DNA of 64,000 nucleotides from Octopus vulgaris (Eukaryota): NCBI GenBank assembly GCA_951406725.2, contig OX597831.1, positions 15,872,001 to 15,936,000 of the forward strand, read 5' to 3'. Shown piece by piece: positions 55,201 to 64,000 of this stretch (position 1 is its first letter; each line of letters starts with the position of its first letter). The notes under the pieces were generated by a model. It saw only the letters and a program-made list of their open reading frames with translations, ran no database searches and was not told where the DNA came from. The position numbers and the translations under genes were made by a program.

Positions 55201-55956
55201 TATCTCTCGCATTTTATATAGTCTACTGTGTGTATATCGCACGCAAACTTTAATGGGAAGTGAGCGAAGACATAAATAAATAATAAAAAATAGTAAAATA
55301 GAGACATGTTAATATAATTACCAAATTTTAAACTGCTTCCATCTACTTAATTTCTCAATGGACATGCTGAAACGAATATTTGATATATTAGGATTAATAA
55401 TAATATCCCCTATTACAAGTTCATTTTTTACCTCCAACGATACGTTTATCAATTGGATACATCTTCATTATAGAAATACTTGTGTTAAGTTTTAACTATC
55501 TGAAATATAATGAGAAATTGATGCAGAATCGTATCTATTTTGCAATCGCGTTTACTTTTTATTTATATTTTTTGGCATAATGCTGATGAAATCGAATCAT
55601 AATCTAGTTTTTCTTCTTGTGTGTGAAATTATTAAAAAGAATAACAATTCTAAGCGGAATCAAGGAAAATCTTTTGCTTGGAATAAACACAGGAACTTTG
55701 ATCGATGTTCTCGTATTGCCACTATATCATCGATTAGCTAACGTGTGTGTACCGAGTTAGAAACAAGAATCGGTACTACACCAGATCTAATTGACCAAAC
55801 GCTATAAGTGTACAGCATTTGGTTGTCATTGGCGGTCGATTTAATGGTAGACCAATATTTCAATGATAAATATTGTTTCGAATTATGGGACAAAGCTTGA
55901 AGGATACGAATTTCAATGATGAAATATCATGATGCCAGTGGATACTACACGTGTTA

Positions 55957-55995
55957 CTAAGTCCATTGTTTCGTGGAATCTTTCTCTTGCAACAA
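55957..55995 (-). CDS. Copy 4 exon 4, LLQEKDSTKQWT-stop
   Basis: ttattag acceptor, phase 0. Confidence 0.55.
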   Translation of the reverse strand: MLQEKDSTKQWT

Positions 55996-58900
55996 CTAAT
56001 AACAATATACGTTACAAAAGATGACATGTTTTGTATTTCAAATATGAACTTCATTTGAATGAATGAGAAAAGTTAGTACGCTATCGTCTCACTGAATAAA
56101 CTAATGTAAGTGTCATTTAGAATTAATTACGCAGAAACAATGAAAATTCAAATATTTACCACAGGTACGCATCTAGAAGTATAGAGGTTTTGGAAATAGT
56201 GAGCACATTCTATCCGCACATCCTGCAGACATTCATAATAATAAACCCAACGTCTGTAAGATAAATACAACACAATGATATTCATTTCGGTCAAAAAGAA
56301 GTAGCTTATTAACACCATTGTCAAGAAATGTCAGAACCTTACTTCTCCGACTACGAGTGCCTAACATAGATCCGGTGCTTGGCAGAGTGCTTACAAGTTC
56401 TTGCATATAAAGCATTTACTGATTTACATTGAATCGAATTCTCTTGTAGCCCAAATGTCTTCTGTTTCACGTGCAGTCTTTTAATGATTAACCTAATTTG
56501 TAAACTTGAACACTTTCTATATTTGTCAGAGCACTTTTATTAATTGTATCGGTACTGACTTTAAAAATCCAAAGAGATAACATACGGTACATGAGAGAAA
56601 GTAGTTTAGAATCATTTCTAAAGGCTATGATTTAATTGGTATTAATCATAACTATACTTATCCGCCCATAAGCTTTGGTACGTAAACAACTTTGAATATT
56701 CAAAGTCATTCGTATATTTAAACGTTCGATGATCGGAAGGATTTTTGAACCAACAGAACACATACATTTACGAACGGTATAGTTTACTTGTTTCAGTTAT
56801 TTGACGGTGAGCATGCTGGGGCAACGCCTTGTAATTGAAGGAATTGAAAATTGAAAGCCAAAGAGAAACTATCCCTTATATTCGCTAGATGAGTAGAATG
56901 GAGCTACTTGAAATTAAATGTCCTGTTCAAACACACAACGCCCTGCCATCAATGGCATTTTGAACCTTACGATTAGGAGCCTAGTATATTAACCAGTAAG
57001 CCATGCGCTTTTCTTAGTGCAATTCATACCGTAAATAAACATTCACCCAGAAAAGTCCGATCATAGAAAAGTACAACTTCAATATAGAGACGATTGAATT
57101 GTCCATCAACAGGTTTTGTTTTGTTCCGTATGGTATCACCAATGTGGTGATAATAAGTTATGTTATAAATAGTTAATTACAAACATCCTAGTTTTAATAG
57201 TAATATTAAAGGTAATAATAAGCATTTTAGGTATTGGTGTTCCACCCTATCAAAACATTTCGATTGATTCAAATTGGAAAGGGTCCGAGCCATTCCAGGT
57301 TCCTTACCAACACCCGCTATGAGGTGAACTTTGTCGTGGAGAGAACTTTTTGGGTAGCACATGTCTGTACGTCACACAAAGCAACTTATTGGCAGATGTC
57401 AATGTCTCGGCTAAAACATCTACATACAGCAAAGTTATAGGCCTTAGATTATCAATTTAGTCCCGCTTATTCAGATCCTTCCTCAACTTCACCACCACTC
57501 CATCGCTTATATCACTGGTAATTTTCCCGTTCTGCAGCCAGCCAAGAGACTACCCAACATAACTGCCATATGAATATAAAACTCGAAGGCCATTCCATCT
57601 CGCCAAGGAGACTTCTCTCTCGCGCAGCCCATCATAGCATCCCATATGTCATTGGCTGTTATCAGCGAGACGCCCCCTATCCAAGCGTGAGTACAGACAG
57701 GGGCCCCATGCTACTCAGATAGGTGAAATCCACAACCGTCCCAGAACCACATCACGCTTCTCACAGTTCGGTGAAGTACCGCTGAATTCCGCACAGTTTT
57801 GCTTGGTTATCATGCGCCCGTGACAGTTCACCATAGTCTGAATTTCTGACTTGTATCTACGTAGTGCCTCTACCACCAGGGCCAATCGATCGGATTCCGT
57901 CCCCTCCCGTCTCAGAGAACGTGCCCTAGCTTTGACAACGTAACCTTCGTAATTGGCATTGAAGAACTGATGAAGAATCGATTTCGTAACGAGTATCCCC
58001 GGCCCGTATTCATTTCCTAAGCTCCTCCTCTAACTCCCTAAGTAGGTCTCTCTCTATCCTAGATTCCTCTTACGCTAATTAAAAAATCTACTTCCTCTAC
58101 TCTAATAGCCACTTTCAATGCTATCAACCATCCGTTGTTGACTATTGTGCTCGATAACTCTCTATAGACTAACTTGGTAACCCTGTCTATGAAAGCTTGG
58201 AACGCCGAGAAAGGCACCTTCTGTTTCCAGTATCCGGGGCGCTGTCTGTGTCAACCCTACAGATCAGAAATTTATGGTCGTATAGCCAAGGACTTTGAAA
58301 CGAAGATAACTTATACTACTTCTTTCTACAGGCCTACAGAATACTCTATCGTGATAGCATCTGGATGACACCGTGTAGTTCGTACATTTTGGCATTGACG
58401 CAATCGGGAAATCCAGTCAACCAACTGAAAGCATCTGAGCTAGACTCTCCCTATCCAGGCGTGTGTCCAAGAGGACATACTAGTCACCCACTAACATCCA
58501 CAGAAAAACTCCGGACGTATGAAAACATCTGGACGCCTTAAACCCGTGGGGGTGTAAATAGAAGCTATTCTAAAAACACTACCTTCACTGTCACTCAGGT
58601 CTGCGATCAGCATCGTAACATCTGAGTCGAAGAAAATCGGTCGAACTTCGATATCCCAGCCTTTTTCTAAACAGCTGTACCAGCCCGCCTTCCATTCCGG
58701 TCTGAATAACAGATACGTAGGTCTCACAATCGTCAAAAATGGGAAGAGGATCGAGTGTGTCAGAATGACCGGTCTCTTTGGTTCCTATCTCATCGAAACC
58801 TAGTGATCTGAGATCATTGAGCAATCTACCTAGCTTGCAGGGTGATCTCACACCGCGAACATTTATGCAGCCCACTCTGACCAACGCTACGACGGCTCGA

Positions 58901-61900
58901 AAGGGTGAATGAAAGAAAACCGAGTGGTGTTACTTAATTTCTTGGTATTGTTGGCAGCCCGATGATCCGGGATCCATATCTCCGTCCTCTGATGGACCGG
59001 CTAAAATACTCTTCATGGCGCAGATATTTGGCCTTCCCACCTCATGCGAGAAATTCCTTTGAATATCTTTGTGTGCTTCGAAGAGTAGACGAATCAGCAT
59101 TCAATAGTCTGGAGCCCTAAGTTTATTGGTGTAGTAAAATGCACACACTCTCTCAATCACCTTATTTCTGGCTTTGAGAACCAACAATGTTTTTTGGCTC
59201 TCCTCAAAAGCACGTAATTCGGTGTTTCCGTATTGGTGACTGAGCTTGGGCGCCACGTGTGGTGGCTACGTGTGGGTGTGAATGCATTGATGGACCTAGT
59301 TGGGGTAGTGGTGGTTGTGGGGATATTGGTGCTGGTGTTGTTTCTGTCGGGGTTTCTGTGTTTTGAGTTGTTGATGCAAGTTCCTCTGTTTTCTTTTTCC
59401 TTTGTCTTTTACGTTTTTTTTTTGCTTTCTAAGCTTCTTCCTCGCCTTAACCACGGGATGGTGAGGGGGTTAGCCTCTGCAAGATCAGTCTCCAGGTGTT
59501 AGTGTGTCTGTGCTAGTCTTAATGTGTTTCTGTGAGTGTATACTTGAGAGAGGTGGTTTTGATAGATATTCTGTTGTTGTTGCTGGCGATGCGATATAGT
59601 CTACAGATGTGCCGCATCCACACATCGTTTTCGGGCAGAAAGCGCTCAGGTGGCTTGTGGGACCATATATGTGGCATCTGGATAACCTGCTTTCCAAGAC
59701 GACACTCAGGTCCAGCCCGGTGGCAGATGGATCTGGTACGGGATTTTCTTGATATCTGGATTTACATGGATTCATGTTTCCAAATTTATCCCAAACCATT
59801 TCTCCTTGCTACTCCGTTTAACATGAAGGTAAGACTTGGGGTCCTGCACGGCACAGGTGAAAATCCAGCAGATGTTTGCACCTAGTGACACCTCGTTTAC
59901 CCATATTCTGGTCGTTATCTTTGAGAGCTAGGTGGGATATTGGACCCACTCTTCAGTCCACCAGGTTGAGATTGCCTGTCTTCGCACAAGGTCCTCACTT
60001 TTAAAGAGGATCTCAATGATAGCCAACTGCCTCCCTATCTGTATATGCGCGACATCTATGAAAGTTTCTCTAAGGACTTTCTTAACGTGACTGATGGAAT
60101 CAATTTCAGCCCTCTTACTTCTCTATTGCCTCTATTATTTTGGTAGGAGCACTACCTCCTACCTCATCAAATTTAATGACGTCTTTCACTTTTGAGAGTT
60201 CTTGCAGGAAGGCGTAGTGGCAAACTGGATGACCATTGTTATGTGCCAAGGGTCCTGGATGGGGAAATTTTGCATCCAACTTTAGAGCAATAAGGTGCGT
60301 TCTGCTAATGTGGGAACTAATCACAAGTGTTTGGGACTCTGAACGTGTATACATACCTTGAATAAAATGGGTTGGTACCCATTGAACAGAAAGGGCGCCG
60401 AAAAAGGGGCCAAGGGGCGAAGGATCAGCTATTCGTTGGTAATCTAATTATCAGGAACGTCAAGAGAAAATATACCCATCTGAGCACCGCATGGGTTAAC
60501 TATCACAAGCATACAATAAGATACCACACTACTGGATAATAATAACAGTGGATTTGTATGGTGTAGCAGAGAGTATGAGAAGCCTTACATGAAATAGCAT
60601 GAAATACTGAGAAACATTGAAGCAGCTGCTAGGAGAGGTGAAAATCAAGAGAGGAATCTTTTAGCGAACAGTGGGTGATCACTGATATTCAGATTGGGAA
60701 TGGTCCTCTTAAGTGAAATACAATAGAAAACAAAATTGGAGTTTGATCTAGGAAGACGTAAGGGAAAAGTAAACCACTTGCTATTTATGGATGACCTGTA
60801 GTTCTTTACAAAGAAACTGAAGTAGAACTGGGCATCTTAGTCAAGATTTTCTCCAGTGATATTAGGATAGATTTTGGACTCTGAAAATGTGCTACTATGA
60901 GGATGAGACAATGAATGCTTGTCAGGACAGAAGGCATATGGTTGCCAACGAAGACAACTCAACCTCAGTCCAGCTTTAAATATTCGGGAATGCTTGAGTC
61001 AGAGGGAAAGAAACACCACGACACGAAGGGAAAACACGACGAAACAACCAGGAAGCGAAAGTGCTACATTGAAAACTGTGCGAAAATTAGAAGCTAGGGA
61101 GAGACAAGACGTTGTATGGAAACAAATCGAGGTGTGTAGCAGAGCAGGTGCTAGAGCATAGCAGACTGGACCTAGTGGTGGTGGACAAGTGCACTACGTA
61201 TGCTATATAGTTGATATTGCATCCCCGCTTCGACCCACGTATATTGAAGAAGGAAGGTTAAAAGATAGATACAACTCTTTTAAGTAAGAAATAGCTCGGC
61301 AATGGAAAATGAATGGTCAAATACTGTGAAATATTGCTTCGTCGTTGAGAGAGTATGAGAAGGCATCAAGAGGAATATAAAGGAAATTGTAATAGAGTGC
61401 CCAGTAGAACTGTTACAAATGATTTGCCTCCTTGGCTCAGCCAAAATGATCAGGAATGTATGAGACCCAACAGTATGGAAAAGTAGGCTACACTTAATAT
61501 GCCCGCTACTTATGCAAGACACTAGGAGCTCCATCAAAAATCATGTAGTAAAGAGAAAAAAAAATAACAAGAATAAGAATAGTAGTAGTAGTAATAATAA
61601 TAATAACCATAATATTAATAATTCATTCTTTATTTGACACAATGCTTACATATAACAACATAAAATGACGTATAAGACACCATAAAATGGAGCACAAGAC
61701 GAGACAAAGTGTTTCACAGAATGTAAACATTTGAAAACAAAGAATTAAGCAACATGAATTTCCTAATAGGGGGCTCTTTCGAGGTCCTCATAGGAAAGCC
61801 TACAAGAGCAACGGCTACCTCATCAACAGGCCATTCCAATTTTATTTCTTCAGGGGTGTACGCTCAGCATTGGTCCTTTCACGCTGACCATTCTTCCAAC

Positions 61901-63636
61901 ATCCATCCACCTTTCAACAAACTGTATAGGAAGTCCATCTAAATCGACCGCAGAAATCACGAATTTTTGGTCTGTGAAGCCGAGTAAGTGAAATTGTGGA
62001 CAACTTATGCTACCCTTTTCCGCTGTTAACAGAAGACACTATCTAAATACGATCTAGATGATTCGATGTGATTTGTTGAAGTTCACACTGCCACATTAGG
62101 GTAATCTACTCGGAAATTCTCAGACAATTAAAAACATCTGGGCAGGTTTTTGAGGCTTTTGCACCCCCTCTCCTATCAGATACTCCCACGCAATCGAGAC
62201 GTTCATCTAAGACAGTGTTCCAATCCTAAGTAAACACTAAAGTCCGAGACCTTCCCAGGAAAACTTCCAGACGCTGAAGTAATCTGACCGCTCTGCCCCT
62301 GTCGGAGGATAGGCAGCCACCAGTCTGAAGGTACCGCGGTCACTGCTGTTCACATCTAACTCCAAGAACTTACCTTCTGGTTCCAGGAACACTGCCTTCA
62401 TTTTCAAAAACAGACTTTTCCAGAAAAGCACCACAGTACCACGAATGCCCCTCCTGGCTGACACAGAGAAAGAGAAATCTCGTATCCTCTGAAAAGTGTG
62501 ATGAGGTCCAGTGAGTCGGATAGTCTGGGTAGATAGGCTGCTACGTCTACCATAAAATCCCTTATTTCATTTGAAAGGTAAATTTGTTTCTAAGTCGACC
62601 TGAAATTTATGCAAACATTTCTGAGCAGCACCATGCTAAAAAAAAAATATTTAAGACGGACCTTGTTCATCTTGAACAGGGATCTCCAACTCCTTACCCG
62701 ACCGATTTTGTTGGTGCAACATCCAGTATTGTGGCGGTGTCTTCTATATGAAAGAAGACAGCCGCCACCAGGCAACGTATATTTATTTCAGGGAGCACTT
62801 CCTCAATTTCATTTCTTATGTCGTGCCACCAGGGCATGTCGGCTCGAGTAGCAATTCCTCCCTTTATTAGAGGCATTGTGGAATAATGTCGTTTGTTGCA
62901 CTCCGTTGTAAAATACAATTCCGCACTGCCGAAGTGCTTTCCTCTTTCCATATACGTTTTGTTGGATCAAACTAGTGTTACGGCCATTTCCAACAGTTGT
63001 TGGATGGTTGGTTCCACCCTTAACAAGCCTTTTACATGTGTTTTTATTTCGTTAGCTTTTAAATTTATAATTTTTTTTATTTCCTTCACCACCGAGGCGA
63101 AACCGTAGCCGGTTGGTCTATTGCTGTTCGTGTTTCTGGTGGTGGAGTGGCACCTGTGTCGTTCTTTGTTCTTTGTTTCTTCCTGCTTCTGCTTGCTGGA
63201 AAAATAGGGGTGGTGAGAGCGTTGAAGTCCTCGTCGAAGTCGATGATCAAACTCCTGCTCTCACACACTGACTCAGTCGCCATCTTTGCTTTTTTTGGAA
63301 TATTCCAAAATTTTCAGAGAATCTATTTGGAAAAACCTCGTTACTCGAAAAGGGAGCTTTCTTTCAAGAACAACTAGCTCTCTAGGCGGGCAGTCAGCTT
63401 GAAACAAAAATTAAACGATAAAAACAATTTCAAACAACTTCTGGAGCTCCAAAATGTGTAACTCACCGCGAGGAAAAATAACAACAACAACAACAACAAC
63501 AATAGTAATAATAACAATAATAATAACAATACGTACGCGCATTGTGCAATAATCATTGCCGATTTATTGCTAGCTTTCGGTGAATCCATGCAAGAACCAG
63601 CGGCCAAATGACCACACAAGGGTAGCGCAGCAGCAT
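55957..63636 (-). CDS. Six-Cys secreted peptide gene, copy 4 (5'-partial; exons 63537-63636, 56160-56253, 55957-55995; exon 1 expected beyond the window end); ...AAALPLCGHLAAGSCMDSPKASNKSAMIIAQCARWVYYYECLQDVRIECAHYFQNLYTSRCVPVLLQEKDSTKQWT
   Basis: Same exon sizes (100/94/39), phases and splice signals as copies 2 and 3. Intron 1 homology (63640-64000) continues to the window edge. Confidence 0.8.
56160..56253 (-). CDS. Copy 4 exon 3 (C4-C6)
   Basis: 94 nt, tcttacag..gtaaat, C-x7-C-x11-C. Confidence 0.85.
57220..60360 (-). mobile_element. Decayed L1/Tx1-like LINE (ORF1 with zinc knuckle, endonuclease, RT start) in intron 2 of copy 4
   Basis: CHIYGPTSHLSAFCP, VGCINVRGV..IGTKET, FRIASIYTP and NQSKCFDRVEHQY. 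Confidence 0.75.
60480..61560 (+). mobile_element. Old R4-like fragment
   Basis: NHLLFMDDL at about 60770 and PDLVVVD..IVDIASP at about 61165-61225. Confidence 0.6.
61750..63420 (-). mobile_element. Tx1-like LINE fragments
   Basis: VCINFR and VFLEPEGKFL..TFRLVAAYPP endonuclease motifs. Confidence 0.6.
63537..63636 (-). CDS. Copy 4 exon 2 (C1-C3)
   Basis: 100 nt, cttttag..gtacgt; overlaps ORF 63374..63619. Confidence 0.85.
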
Positions 63637-64000
63637 CTAAAAGATTTATCGTTTCATTTATTAATAATTAGTGATACATATATTCGATCTATAATCATTA
63701 TGTTTAATAAAGAATGCTAAATAAAAGACGAAAATACTGAAGAGTTAATATAGAGCTAAATTTAGATTCCCATGCTGTCAGTAAGCAATTAAAATATGTT
63801 TCATTAGTGATATCGATGTTGTTCTGCTTCCGTTATAACTTCACATGTGACGATGTGGTATTATTATTTGGTGATTCTTCTCCACAAAATATTCGAACAA
63901 GTCGAACCGAGGACTTATTCTTTGTAAATCTACTCCTCATCCTATCAGTCTCCGGTGTTCTCAGCACACCAACGTCGGTTGTCAAGCGATAGTGGTGGGA

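Noticed and set aside
63537-63636. Insulin B-chain resemblance (LCGHL)
   Set aside because: C1-C2 spacing is 7 rather than 11, there is no CC-x3-C-x8-C A chain, and the motif is not shared by paralogs.

Overview
AT-rich eukaryotic DNA, not prokaryotic. The SINE types, (TAA)n microsatellites and LINE content look like an octopod cephalopod genome (inference). Most of the window is decayed non-LTR retrotransposon sequence: R4/Dong-like elements with a restriction-like endonuclease sitting in (TAA)n arrays, L1/Tx1-like fragments, tRNA-derived SINEs and a 26-bp minisatellite. Between the repeats, mostly missed by the ORF track because the exons are only 30-100 nt, is a cluster of four paralogous spliced genes. 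They encode small secreted precursors of 86-90 aa with a signal peptide and a six-cysteine framework C-x7-C-x16-C-x8-C-x7/8-C-x11-C. Copies 2 and 3 are complete on the minus strand, copy 4 lacks exon 1 (beyond the window end) and copy 1 (plus strand) shows only exon 3. Mature-peptide exons are hypervariable while parts of the introns are nearly identical, which suggests a rapidly diversifying toxin-, defence- or pheromone-like family. I do not recognise the family. Orphan promoter remnants, mosaic similarity between copies and a large inverted duplication point to birth-and-death evolution. All gene models were read by eye and have no transcript support.
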